Origin: Octopus sinensis
Lineage: Eukaryota
DNA length: 64,000 bases
Assembly (NCBI RefSeq): GCF_006345805.1
Contig: NC_042999.1
Coordinates: 143,592,001-143,656,000 of the forward strand
Reading direction: 5' to 3'
The translations under genes were made by a program, and so were the position numbers. Below, piece after piece: positions 21,201-34,600 of this stretch; position 1 is the first letter of the stretch, and every line of letters begins with the position of its first letter. The notes under the pieces are model-generated. The model made no database searches. It was not told the DNA's origin and worked only from the letters and a program-made list of their open reading frames with translations.

Positions 21201-23247
21201 ATTTTTTTTTGCTTCATTTCCTCTTTTATTGTGATGTGTATTGCAGTAGGAATGTAATTATTTATTGATTCTGATAAAAGAAACAATTTTTACATACTGT
21301 TTGGAGAATGTCCTCCTATTAGCTGTAAACTCCTGGTAAAACAAATCTCTGAACTTGGTTAAATGTTTCACTGTTGCAAATTCACTTACATTAAACCCAT
21401 CTTTTAATTAGTGTAAGAGGAAATTCTAATTCCTGAGACAGAACTAAAACAGCTTCTGCAAAGTAGATCAACACAACTACAGATTTTTGTTCTTAAAATA
21501 ATTAAAGAAGAGCTCAGACTCTCCAAATACCATGAAGATCTGCACCTGTGGTCAGTTTCATCAAATATTTGTTGATTTCTGTACGTCATTTGATAATATC
21601 AAATTCTAGTTCTCATAGCTGAATCCATAGGGGAATTACAGAAGAAATTCCAAGCATGGAAGCTAAATCTGGAGTTAAGAGGCCATAAGGTAAACCTTGC
21701 AAAGGCAAAGGTTTTAGTGAGTTGGAAAGAAGACAGTACCCTGTTACTTTCAGGGGAATGGCCTTGCTTGGTATGCGGAAAAGTAGTAGGTATAAGCTCC
21801 ATACACTATATTTGTTGTCAGTATGTAATTAGTAAGAGAGGTAGTTGCTCTGAAAGTATAGTAGCTTGAGTGTGAATTGATTTGAGAAAGTTCAGGGTGC
21901 TACTACCACAGCTGATAACAAAAAGTGAAGGGCAGACAGTATGGTGCTTGTGTTAGAACTGTAATGCTGCTTGGTAGTGAGACATGTGCCTTAAATGCAG
22001 AGAACTTGAGAAAATTGAAAAGAAATTAAGTGAGTATTCTCTGGTGGATGTGTAGTGTAAGTGTGCATGAAAGAATTAGCACAAAGACACTGAGTGAAAA
22101 ACTTGTCATAATAGGAATCAAATGCTGTGCGTGAGAAAGAAGACTATGCTGCTATGGACACATAGTGTGTATGGATGAGGACAGCTGCATAAAAAATTGC
22201 CTGTCGCTAAATGTGGCTGTTACTTGCAAAAAGGGGAGACCCAGGAAGTGGTTAATGTTGACTTTGGGAGCCTGAGCCTGACAAAAGCGATGACACAGGA
22301 CTGGGATCTCTGACGATATGAGGTTCTAAAAACGACCCACTCCTCTTCTGCAAAACTGAGTTTTGAAAGTGCTATGTATTGTGTTCTCTGCCTACATTAC
22401 AGTGACTCTCACTCCCATGCATTAATCCTGGCTCTTCTCCCCCAACCCACTGACTCCTGCAGACTACCCAACCATGTCTTCCCCTCTCTTGTTTTCTATC
22501 CAACAGCTGTATCATCTTCACTACTCCTACTGCTTGCTCTCCCATTCTATTCTGCATTGCTCTATCTCCCCCAACTTGTGGTTTCTTGCTCACTCACCCT
22601 TCAACCTTACCCATTTTGGCAGTCTGTCTCTTTATCCCATACAATCTTGCACTGTTTCTTCAACTCACCTTGTGCCTTATGGGGCCACCTAGGCACCTTG
22701 TCACGATTATCTTTTGCATTCTCTCACCACCTACTAGATGTAAGTAACCATGCAGATCTTCTACAAGAACCTGCACTGCCACTGTCCTTCTCCAAAGTTC
22801 TCTCCAATCATCCCCGAGCATGAAGCTGATCCTTCCCCACTCCCCCAAGATTTGTAATTCTGCAGGTTGCATGGCAACTGCAATAGTGCAGGTAGCTTGA
22901 AAAAGTTATCCAGTTCATGCTGGCTGGCATTAGGAAGGGCACCCAATAGTAGACATTGGAACATGATGCAGTATTTGGACACATCAGATCCTGTCTAACC
23001 AGCCAGTCTGTTCCAGTATGGAACAGGGATGTTAAATGATGTATAATTTGCTTTAAATTTAGTGTAATTCTTTGTGTGTTTCAGATTCATTATGACATAC
23101 TGCAAATCCCTACAAGTACTCAAGGCTAAAAACTGTCAGCATATTAGTGAGCGATGTCTGCTGGGTCTTGATGAATCCATTAGTGTTGATGTCCTACATG
23201 AGACCCTCTCACGAAAGAAAATACCACGGATCACGGACCAAATTTGA
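18181..23247 (+). CDS. FBXL15: F-box/LRR-repeat protein 15 (jetlag-like); join(18181..18208,18922..19459,21063..21194,23085..23247), 286 aa
   Basis: All introns are GT-AG with matching phases (1,2,2); total 861 nt. N-terminal F-box FLDLPWQDVLWKQVLPYL matches the FBXL15 LDLPWEDVL signature, followed by cysteine-containing LRRs (L..LNLSHC.W, LDIQGCYRLT). Confidence 0.9.
18922..19459 (+). CDS. FBXL15: FBXL15 coding exon 2 (F-box + LRRs)
   Basis: TTTTTCAG acceptor, AA|GTTAGT donor; overlaps ORF 18975-19622. Confidence 0.93.
19815..19977. repeat. Intronic hairpin: 72-bp inverted arms, 19-nt loop, between (TA)n tracts
   Basis: 19815-19886 vs 19906-19977; 6 mismatches, all transitions. Confidence 0.9.
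21063..21194 (+). CDS. FBXL15: FBXL15 coding exon 3
   Basis: LTTLKFSGVYNITDYSIEMVSKACPELVHLDIQGCYRLTEACV; donor AA|GTAAGT. Confidence 0.92.
21600..22340 (+). mobile_element. RTE LINE fragment (RT C-terminal part)
   Basis: LVLIAESIGELQKKFQAWKLNLELRGHKVNLAKAKVLV; homologous to 48805-49800. Confidence 0.8.
23085..23247 (+). CDS. FBXL15: FBXL15 last coding exon
   Basis: FIMTYCKSLQVLKAKNCQHISERCL...RITDQI*; acceptor TGTTTCAG. Confidence 0.9.
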
Positions 23248-23874
23248 ACTCGGTATTTGATTTTCTGTCTGATGTTCAGGAAAGTCCTTGTAAGAAATGA
23301 TTCTCCACAGTTTGACTTAATGCACTGAGTTGATGATAATTGGAAATGCTGTACTTATTGGGGTATAAAAGTTATCTAATTGGAGTGTTGTAACTAGGAG
23401 TTTTAGGGATCTGGAATGATAATGAACACCACATATTTCTTTTAATCACAATTTTGCTGGTGGTGGACCTTTTAAAATGTATCAACATTTTGATTATATC
23501 CATGACTCTCCAATTGGATTCTCAAATAGTGCACCAAGAATTTTATATATAGTGATTTATCCTGTTTTGTTTAAATATTATTGTTGATTGTAAACATTTA
23601 AGCATAATGGTAGCTGTTGCCAACTACATAGCAAAAAACATTTTTGTAAGCCTTAAATTAATGGCTTAGTGTTGGAATGTCCAAATTGAAAGTAAATGGT
23701 ACAATACCTATCGATTATTATTGGATTTTATGTATTTAGCTGAGAAAGTTAGTATGAATTGGAGATATTGATTATATGTCAAAAAGAGGTGTGTTTGTGT
23801 ATATGAAACTGCAATGGGTTGTGTAAAAAAAATTGCCTACTTAAGTTGTATTATGGTATTAGTTGAAGAAAAAA

Positions 23875-24080
23875 ATCATCATCATCATCATCAAATATCT
23901 GTCTTCCATGCTAGCATGGGTTGGACAGAGGCTTGTAAACAGAGGATGGCACCAAGCTCCATTGTCTGCTTTTTACAGCTAGATGCCCTTCCTAATGCCA
24001 ACCACTTCAGAGAATGGACTGGATGTTTTTTTGCATAGTACCAGCACTGGTTGTGTCACCAAGTAATTTGCAAGATCCTT
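23875..24080 (-). mobile_element. RTE-derived 3' repeat
   Basis: (CAT)n + TTCCATGCTAGCATGGGTTGGAC...GATGCCCTTCCTAATGCCAACCAC. Confidence 0.75.
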
Positions 24081-24695
24081 TGAAAGGTGGGGGTGAGGTA
24101 ATGAAAGAGGTGGCTTTGTGCCAGGGGATGCGAGAGACAGTATATCCTCTTTATGGTACTGCTTGTGGTCAAACTATCTTGCAAATGACCAAGTTCACCT
24201 AGATGTAAATAAGGTACAATGGCATGGAAATTAAATGTCTATAAGCAACAGCACTAAAGTTAATATTTCATTAGTTAGAAACAGTGGGTTGAGCACTGGG
24301 TGCATCTTGTAATGAAATAGAAGAGTTCTCCCATTAACATTTTCAGCTGGCTAGCCCTTCTACCATTATTCAAAACTATTTCCTCAGAGCTACAGATACA
24401 GTTTTTAAACTGTTCTGAGTTTGATGTGCTTTTTGAAACAAGTCTTGTCTCCACATAGCATGCAAACGTTACTGTTCATAGTAAAGGTTTTCTATGTGTC
24501 TACCAACTAATACTAGCTGGAACTGCACTGTGTATATAGGAGGTGCTGGAAGCAAAATAATTGTTTAATGATGAATATGCTTAAGTGGGGTAGCGGAAAC
24601 AGTGCTAAACTAAATACATTGCAATATTTAACTACAATCTCTTTATGTTCCTAGCTCAAACCCTGTCAGAGTTGGTTTTGTTTTCGTCCCTTTAA

Positions 24696-25003
24696 CTCTT
24701 TCAAGTCGGGTGGTACAAATAAAATAACACTTATTTGTATCAGTTTAATGAGCAGTGGTACATAATTTGTACTGAAACTTAAAGTTCTTTTCGCTGCATG
24801 GTTGGTAGCTTAGAAAACGTACCACTTCATCTATCAGCCAATCAGAAGCTACCCTTAATCTGGCAACAATTTCTGCGACACAGACTGTTTTTTCAGTTGA
24901 ATCCATTTTGTGCCAAAGGTCAGTTGAAGAGAAAACAGGAGTACAAACTTTTGTTATAAATTTTTGCCCTTCTAGAGTTTTTTTGTTTTGACCCCTGAAA
25001 GAC
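24696..25003. mobile_element. Putative piggyBac-type MITE
   Basis: TTAA on both sides (24692-24695, 25004-25007) with short imperfect TIRs CTCTTTCA / TGAAAGAC. Confidence 0.4.
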
Positions 25004-28000
25004 TTAAGATGTTCTGCATATATGGCATTTTCAGTCCATTTGGGGTCATGTTGGCAAGTGCCAGTAATGCATCTTGGTTAATTAAATTAAATAACTGATA
25101 TGCTTTATCCAATGATCTGTATATAAGCCTTGACAATTAACAGTAATTAAGCTGCATTGGCATAGATTAACTACTACCCCACCACGACTATCTGTAAAAA
25201 AATAATTACAATACCATAAATTTTACCGACTGCAAAAGGCAGTTTTTATTGATATAAACTATTACACACATACTATTATATTTACCATTTATATTATACA
25301 ATATTCTGATATAATTCAGCTTTACAAGTGATTGTTAACATTAACTATCTTTCAGTGATCACTATATTGTATGTAATAATTTTATACGAAATTTGACTAT
25401 GGTAGCACAAAGCATTAAAATTAAGGCATGGAAAGTTGAGATTCTAGTATTAATTTTCTTATCAAGGGCTTTATCCATGTGAGGTGAAAAGACTAAAAAC
25501 AAGTTTACAACATTATTATTAATCGAAAGCTTATCTTTAGTTTCCATTATCTGCTAGGCATTATGGTGCACTTAACCCTACTAACTCGGTTACAATTAGA
25601 AAGGTAATTTAAACGTAATTGCAAGGGAAATAACTCGTAAACATACTTCATTTACTAAGGGACGTAATCAATCCCCTTCAAGAAAATATCAAGTTTGTAG
25701 TAGCTCAGTTATTAATTATGAATTCACTATGGCATTGGCTGTGTAATAGTAATATTAAGGTGAATATTTTCTCAATTGTGGTCTTTTCTATGCTCTCTAG
25801 TTAATCTGCTTCATGACCAATTTAACTACCATTAAGTTCACTGAAAATGATCAGTAGTTCATTACGTTTTGAGTTGGAAAATTGTGATAAAAAACAAAAA
25901 AGTTACAATAAAATGTTAAAAATGGGAGGGTAACAGATGTAAATTGTAAGCAGTATAGTTTCCTTATTTCTATAATATTTTTGTTTTAGTTACACTTAAA
26001 TAAAAGATGTCAATGAGGAATCTAATTTTACAGAATTAGAAGAAATCATGTCAGAGTTGGTGCAATAGAACTGAGGTAAAGTGAATGTGGAAAGTGTAAT
26101 ACCTGATTTTTTTTTTTTTTACATAATATCTCTTATTTTGAAAGGCAATTTAGTATAATTAAGTTTAGTTGAAGGATAACAAAAGGAATCTACTTAGGTA
26201 AACTGTATCAAAATTGAAGCAATAGAAAAACTTATGAGCAATGCAAGTAATGCCAAAATTCATTTTTAAGCTGTCATATGTTATTTTAAAAAAATTAGTA
26301 TAATTAAGATTTCATAAAAGATCTAAATGAGGAAAATCTAATCTTGCAAACTGTCAAAATTGGTAAGGTAGAAAAAAAAGTTGTGACAAAACATGGTCCA
26401 ACTTGAGCCAGTACAAAACACAGACATTAAATGATGATTGGTATATATATGTAGTATGTGTAATATTTCATGTAATGTACCCTGCTTTGTTAATCTTATT
26501 CTATCTTTTAGAACTGTCGAGGTTTTCTCAATGTGAGTAAAAGATTCTTTATACTTATCGAAATATTTTATTAATAGTAATCTAAATGAATAGTAGACAG
26601 ATTTTAGCAATATATAAGCTTGTTAGCAAGTCCTACCCCAATAACAACCAATGATATTCATACCACTATCAGTTAAAAATGTCTAGATGAAGACAAGGCA
26701 CTTCAGCTTTTAAATAGCCGTGTCTACTCCAAATCTAGTATAGACCTTAGGCATAAATCTGCTGGCCTTTGAGACGGTCTTATCACAATGTTCTCTGTAG
26801 GCCAGCTAAGAATCACCAGTTGAAATGGCTGGGCCAATTAGTGTACTTGAGTGACCGAATGATCTCAAAATGGCTGCTCTATTGCTAATTTGTAACAAGA
26901 TAAACTTATCTGTAGAACAACCAAAAAGGAAAAAAAATACTAGAATAAACTAGCAACTATATTAAATTGTTATTGTATTGGTCTCTCTATCTTGAAAAAA
27001 AGATTCATATTTGAGTATTTAGAGTGATAATTTGAAAAATATTAAAGACATCATCCTCTAAGATGTAGCAAAGATGCAAGTTGAAATGAGAGTGCAATCA
27101 GTACATCTACTCACACTTGGACAATACTTTTCCCTTCTGCTCCATTCTTTCATACTCTGCAAAAGTTTGTTATTCATTGGCTAACTCTTTTCCCTTTTGT
27201 TATAGGTTAGGGATAATGGATTAAGAACAACTGTACATAGGTAATTGAGTGTGTATGTAAGAGTGTATGTATAATATTTATGACATAATACACATTTGCA
27301 AGTGATGGGAAATAAAAAAAATAAGTTGGTTGGTATAACACTTTATAATAAATAATATATTTATAATCATTTGTATTTTCACATTACAAGATTTGACCAG
27401 ATTTTGATAAAGAAAAATATTTTGCTCACCTCATCTTTCATCTTTTTCTATGATTAAAAACATATTCGAGACATAAGTCACATTTTTCCTGCCATTCCAA
27501 AGATTTCATGTATACACCTGATATATTAAGGAGACTTGAATAAGAGTTATCTCTCATCAACTAGAATGTCTTATTACAAGCTGTTATCTGACTCACAATC
27601 CAGTTCATTACTTGAGTCTAATTTTCACATCCACTCCGTCATCATTTCAAGTCTTTTCATTTTACATATCACAATTTTAACTTAGCAGTAAATTATTGGA
27701 TAAAACCCAGAATCTAAAAATATTGATGATGGTCTCCAATAACAAAAATTATTCTGTTTGTGACTTCATAGAAGAGTTTGGTAAGGTTGGTTGCTGTGAA
27801 CAATTAAGAAAATTAATGTTCCAGCTTCTTGTGCTTAGTCTGAGACTAAGAAAGAGAAAATATTGTCTGTTTGGCTGCAAACTTGTGAAATTATTGCTCC
27901 AATATCAAAACATTCCAAATTTCTTCCTGTCTGATAAAAGTTTTCACAATTTGAATTATACAATTTACATTGTGTGTCTGCAAACAAATTAATTTTTCAA

Positions 28001-28425
28001 TACACATTTGAAGGAAAGTGTAGAAGAATTTAACTTATTGTAGTAATCAGTTGCAATTATTTTGATATCTGTATATATTGGGTGATTTTAAGAAGATATT
28101 TGTATAGCAGACTGCAGTGTTGCAGATGTGTTTGTGGGCAGTAGATGTAAGACCTATGAGTTCAGGTAGACTGATTTCTTTAACTGTCATCCATGTATTA
28201 AATGCCCTTTTACAAGTGCAACGGTGAAAATTTTAAGATTTTTTTTTTCTTAACTAGATAAAAAAGAGAAACAAATCATCCATTACTGCACGAGGAAATG
28301 GATTCAAATACATTTCTTTTGTAACATCAATTTGATGTTAAAAGATTTTTAAACAAAGCTTTTTTGCCTTTACCAGTGATATACTCAATAAATGAACATC
28401 ATTAACCATAGCTAAGAAATACATA

Positions 28426-28693
28426 TCAGTGCTTGAAAAATGCAGTTAAAGCTGTTTGCCCTTTAATCTGTGGTAAGAGTTTCCGGCGACATTTTTGCTT
28501 TGCTTTTTTTGGGTCTGATTCCTTTTTGCGTTTAGTTGCCTCACTTTTTTTGGAAGGTTGAGTGACAGGTGATAATATATCTTGAGCAGCTTCCAATATA
28601 CTAGGATCATTCTCTTTATCTTTGGTACTATTTGATGGTGTGAGTTTGGCAAAAGCTGTCTTTTTGCCACTAGCTGGGTACATCAAGGTCTTA
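28426..28693 (-). CDS. PARPBP: PARPBP last exon (basic NLS-like tract + PIP box)
   Basis: SKTLMYPASG...KKAKQKCRRKLLPQIKGQTALTAFFKH*. Confidence 0.9.
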
Positions 28694-31600
28694 CTAAAAC
28701 CAAAGGAAACAATCAAATACTTTTAGAAACAAAAAAAAATAATTATCAGGATTATTATACCCCTCCAAAAAATTATGTGTGTTATCTTGACTAAGATTAA
28801 TACTATTTACAAATTTTCTTAAATAATAGCATAGACATTGTGGATTTCAATATCTTAAAAGGTTGATAACAATTTCTATTATGTGACAGAGTAAGACCTG
28901 CTTTCCTTCACGTTAAAAATAATAGCTTCTCTGGTAGACTATGACATCTCCAATAGCTCATTACAATTGTAACTAATGTAAATTATTCAGATGCAGTGAA
29001 CTGTATTCCCTCATATGTAAAATAATGTCTGACCACATGTACATACAGATACAAAATTTTGCCACCTATGTCTGTTGACCCATACAATTGTTATCACTTC
29101 CTGTGCACACAAACACTGAACCTTGTCTTGGTAATACAACAGTGAATTTGTTAATTACTGTTTTCTTTTTCCTCATCTACAGTGACTTCATATGGTTACA
29201 GCTCTCTTCTCACTCATTCTCAATGCTATCTAAATTCTTCAGTTGAAAATTACATCCCTCTCAGATAAAGTGCCCCCCCCCCCCAATCAAATCACTTTCT
29301 TCTTATGGCACACAAATTTATCCAAAGCCATGTATATTCTCATAGCTTATATTTAAAATAATGTTAAGTTAGAGGCTGAACTGCATCTCATGAAGACTAA
29401 CTCTCTCTCAGGAAAAAGAACTGCTGATGCTATCTTCCTGGTGGGGCAATTGTAAAAGTACTTAAGTTAGAAACCATTATAGTTAACATTCATTGACCTG
29501 GAGAAAATCTTCAGCAAGGCTGTTAGGAGTAGATGAATGGATTGTGAGAGTTGTACAAGCCGTGTACAGAAGTGTATTCAGCAAGATGAAAGTTAAATTT
29601 AATGTGCACACTAGTGGGAATAACTATATGCTAGTTATCATTCTTATGGTTGAATTTGGAGGAGAATTATAAAAAAAATTCAGGTGTAGAAGCAAAAGGC
29701 CTCACAGTTAGCTTAGTGAAGAAGTAAAAAAGACAATGCTTCCATTTTGGAAATGGTTTGTCTGATATATAGACAAATAGAATGGCAATACAACAGATGA
29801 AACAAACCTTTGTATTTAGCAGATGCATTGAAGCAAATAAATACTAAGTACACAAGGAAAATAAATTCTCTTAAATTTCTTGGAGGATCTCTAGAAGTAA
29901 CTGGTTTTTCTGTTATTAAAGTAATTTAATTAGCAGTGGCAGAAGAGGTTTTGAAAGTAGCCAGTGAATGAACAGGCAGAAGAAAGTCTTGGGAGCTTTC
30001 ACCTCAAAATATCAACAAATTGCATGATGCTTCTGTGTGAACTGTGATGCTACATGGTGGTCAGACAATCCTGAATTAAGGAAATTAGCAAAAACTAGAA
30101 AGAAATGAAGTGTGTGCATGGATGATGAGGTACAAATGTTAAAGCAAGCTAGACATAAGAATCAGGATGACTGCATTTGTGTGCCTAGAGAAGATGACAT
30201 ATCTGAAATAGTTGGTGACATACTATGCTGAAGAGTGTGTGTGTGTGTATATATATATATATGTATGTATGCATACACACACCCCTCACCCAATTTGTTC
30301 CTTTCAAGTTTACATTTGATCTTCCTATCACTCATGCTTCCATCACTCTTTTACTCATCATTCAACTCATCCCCTTCACCCATCCCCTCCTCTATTTACC
30401 ATATTACTCTATTGTTATTATTAATGAGACCAGAAACTCCCGTCTCACTTTTACCATCAACCACATCCACTCATGCTTACCATCAATTACCTCTACCCTT
30501 GTTGCTATTCATCTCTCAGTCTCCCTCTCTCACATCCTCATAAAGATCACCCACCTTTATGATTCTTGTTCTGTCACCTGAGAGAATTTTCAACACCTTA
30601 TCTAAAGTTATACTGTTATGCCTTATCCTTCTTGGCTGTGGGGGTTCTTCAGTCTTGAGTTACAAGGCACCTCTTTATTGCTGGTGTCATGAAATGTGTC
30701 CAGTATACTTTATAAAGTGTTTGGTGAATTGCACAAAGACAACACAGGATTGAGAGGATTCTTCAGTTTTGCTGAGGGCATGGCAACCTCTTTAGTGTTG
30801 GTGTCATGGCAAAATGCAATCAGTATAATCTAAAGTGGTTGGTGTTAGAAAAGCCATTCAGCTACAGTATCATTTAGAATTTGTGACATCTGAGCAAAAT
30901 GTGGTTGTCTACCCATCTAGGGTAGAATTGACTTAGATCCTGTTCAGCCCTACAACCCATACAAGCATGGAAAATAAACAATGATGATGATGATTATCCA
31001 TATCAATAAGAATTAAGACTTTGTCAGACACAGCACAATGCTCTTTCATGAATATTATCTAGAAATCTTGCATGAAGTGCTTCTTTCTGCAATGGACATG
31101 TCAAACTTGTGAATTAATTTTGTAATTCTGCAAAAGTTATGCTACCAGGGGAAGGTGAGGATCAATAGCAAAAGTGAACATTTATAAGTAGGAGTTCCAA
31201 GGGATTAAAAAAAATGAGTATCTCAATGTGAAAATAAATGTTTGCTCAAATCTAAATTTGAAAGGAAAACATTGCAATATTCACATTATATTGAAAATGA
31301 AAACACTGAGGTAAAGCTTGTCAAAATCAAAATTGTAGAAGTATTACCTTGGTAAAATATGCTTTACTTCAGTGATTGGGATCTGATTATTAGGGCTATT
31401 AGATGCCCAATCAAAGTGAGACTTGTTGGTATTCAGCTACAAAGAAATAAAAATAAAAGAAATTGAATTGTGATGTATCATTATATATAAGTACCTTAAG
31501 TATATTGAGTCATCCCATATATAATGCAGTTTTTCAATTGCATGAACTAAAAGTTGGAGGGCGACGGGATAAACCACCTGCATCAATTTGCTATAAAAGC

Positions 31601-34600
31601 AGGTAGTAATTTTACCATGTCTTTATTCTTAGTGCAAGTTTTGATGTGTGTAGTTCGATTTTAACAGTTATTTTTTCAAAGCTGTAATAGAAGTGACAAA
31701 GGAACATATTCGGCATATTTTGCTTTATGAGTTCAATAAAGGCAACAATGCAGCAGAAAGTGTGAGGAATATTAATGCAATATATGAGGATCTGACAATA
31801 AGCGTAAGCCAGTGTCAACAGTGGTTCCAGAAATTCTGATCCGGAAACTACAGCTTAGAAGATGAGCCTGACGAGGACATCCTGAAAACCCTGGTGGAAC
31901 AAAATCCCATCATAACTGTTGAGCAGGTATGGGATTTTGAGTTGACACCAGTGCTAGAAGAAAAATGACCATCTTTGGTTTCAAGATGAAAGGTGTTCTT
32001 CCAGGATAATGCTCAGCTACATACGAGGATGACATTTCAAAGGCTGGAGCAGTTTGAATGGGAAACAATGCCCCACCCACCATATTCACTGGACATTGCC
32101 CTATCTGATTATCATTTATTTCGCAATTTTCAAAATCATTTGGACAGAAAAAATATGAATTCTGTAGATGAGGTCAGAACAGTAATGGAGGAGTATTTTT
32201 CATCACAGATAAGAGAATTTTGGAAGAGGGGCCTTGCAAGTTTACCAGATAGATGGAAGAGCATTGAAGAAAATTAAGGAGAATATATTTTAGATTAAAA
32301 AATAACTTTATCTTAATTTTGAAAAATAAAAGAAATTGCATTATTTATGGAATGACCCATTATATCATTGCTAACAAGAATTGATACATCCTTTCAATAC
32401 AACATCCTGTATCAGCTCTTCTCAACAATAATATCTTAATATTTGGTTGCTCTCAGAAAGGGAAAAGTACTTGGGTTCTGTGAAATATTGTTAAAAGGGC
32501 TCTTTTCCTTTTATCATTTAATGGTTTCAGTCAAGACTGGTTTGTTGATACACTAGCTACAAAACTAAGTCAATTATATCATCCCCAGTACCTTGTCTGG
32601 TACTTATTTTATTGATCTCTTAAATTCCTCTAAGGAACATAACAGACTAAACCCCTAATTGCACATTTTCTTGCTACACCTGTTTTATCAGTTTCTATTT
32701 TCACTGACACACACACACATACAGCTTTCACATAGTTTCTATTTGAAATTTCACTTGGGATGGCACTCAGAACCATGCAGTTACAAAGCAGACTTAACTA
32801 TACAGTTATTGTTTGTGACCTCTGGGAAAAGACTAAAGAAAAAAATTTCAGGTATAAATATCAAACATCTAATATTTTTAAACAATTTCATATCAGTTTT
32901 TCTATTTTATGTAAATAATAGTGAAGTAATTTAAAAGTGTCAGCCACCAAACAAAGATACAACTTTCTTTACCAAAGCATTTTGTTCGGTTTTATGTTGT
33001 GAAAGACGTTGTGCAAGAGGTTTTTCTTCTTCTATGTCTAGTTCTGGATCTGGAGACCTAGAAAAGATAAATCATAATAGAAAAATAATTTTCTTTAGGC
33101 CACAAAATATTTTAGTAAATTGTTTTTATATATATTTCTGTGCACACACAAATCCTGAATGGGGATGGTTATAGCCAATCTGACTTCAGAGTCAGTGATT
33201 CTGCAATAATTGTAGTGAGGTTTAAACTCCTGGTCATATATCCAACCATTGGTTTTCTTCAGTTATAAATGAAAAGTAAGTATTATAAAAGAACTTTCTC
33301 ACAAATGAGTATTATGATCATCTGTGTTTTTGATGATACAGCTATATGACTTACATTCCTTCTAAATTTGGCAAAAGGTCAGCAATTTTGAAGGGAAGAG
33401 GAAGTCAATTATATGACCCTCATGCTCAACTGGTACTTATATTATCAATCTCAAAAGGAAAGGCAAAGTTAACCTTGGTGGAATTGGAACTTGAAAAATA
33501 AAGAGCTGAAAGAAATACCATGAAGCATTTTGTCTGACATACTAATGATTCTGCCAGCTTGTTGCCTTAAATTACATTTACTTACAACTACTTACATTAA
33601 TGTCAAGGTGTTGACAATATTACAATTTTTGCAATATGCTCTCACGCTTGCAATTTTACTGAATTTATAAGTCTGAATTTGAAAAACCACAGTAAGTACA
33701 CCCACCTCATGAAGTCATCCATAAATATCATGAATGATGGGATATAAATAATGGTGGGAGTATTTTAGAGAAAGTGTAAAAGCATGATTAAAAATGAAGT
33801 GAAAGACATTTAGGAAATTGTTATCTTTGTTGATAACAAGGGGTATCTGCTACAGGGTTAGTTGATCTGCTTGCTTTAGCTGTTATATCTTCAAATCACA
33901 TCAAAATGTCTTGAATAAGAAAAGTACATATTAGATAATATGGTTTTACATATCTGTTTAAAAAACATGAAATGTCTTTGGTCTGGGGTTTGCTAATAAC
34001 GAAAATGGAGATTATATGAAACAGGAGTTAGGAATGTGATACAAGTCTTGTAGGAAGGCCTGGGATTTGAATACAATAGATCTGAGTTTGAAGAGAAATG
34101 AGTTGGTTATGAGTGGTTGAATTTTATGTTTGTTGTTTTGGCAAGTAGTCCAGTTTCCTATTGATTTCTCAAAGAAGCTGTTTGAAACCTGAGAGTTTTA
34201 AAGATGGATATATTAGAAATAGGCGACAGAGGTTTCTATGAAAGATCACTAAGTGAAATGCAAATTACTTCAGTCAATTAAGGGTGTTATGCCACTGTAT
34301 AGTGCTTACATTAGTCTAACATTTGCTTAAAGCAAGACAAATTTATTGGTATTATGATAAAATAAATTATAGTTCAGTTTATATCAATGAAGAGTAAATG
34401 ATAAACTTTTCTGGAAATCCAAAGTAAAAATCACCAAATGAAATGTCAGATACTTTAGGTTGTAACTAACCATGAAGATAGGGTGTCAGAGCCATTATGA
34501 ATAATGAATTTATAATTCATATGTTGATTTTATGTACCAGTAATATGATGGAGTTAGTTGCTTAATTAAAAGAAATCAATAATATTGACCAAAACCATAC

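Noticed and set aside
22372-22982. Overlapping ORFs up to 149 aa
   Set aside because: Pyrimidine-rich low-complexity 3' region of an RTE-associated repeat inside FBXL15 intron 3; similar tracts occur at 30270-30600, 50870-51260 and 56740-57140.
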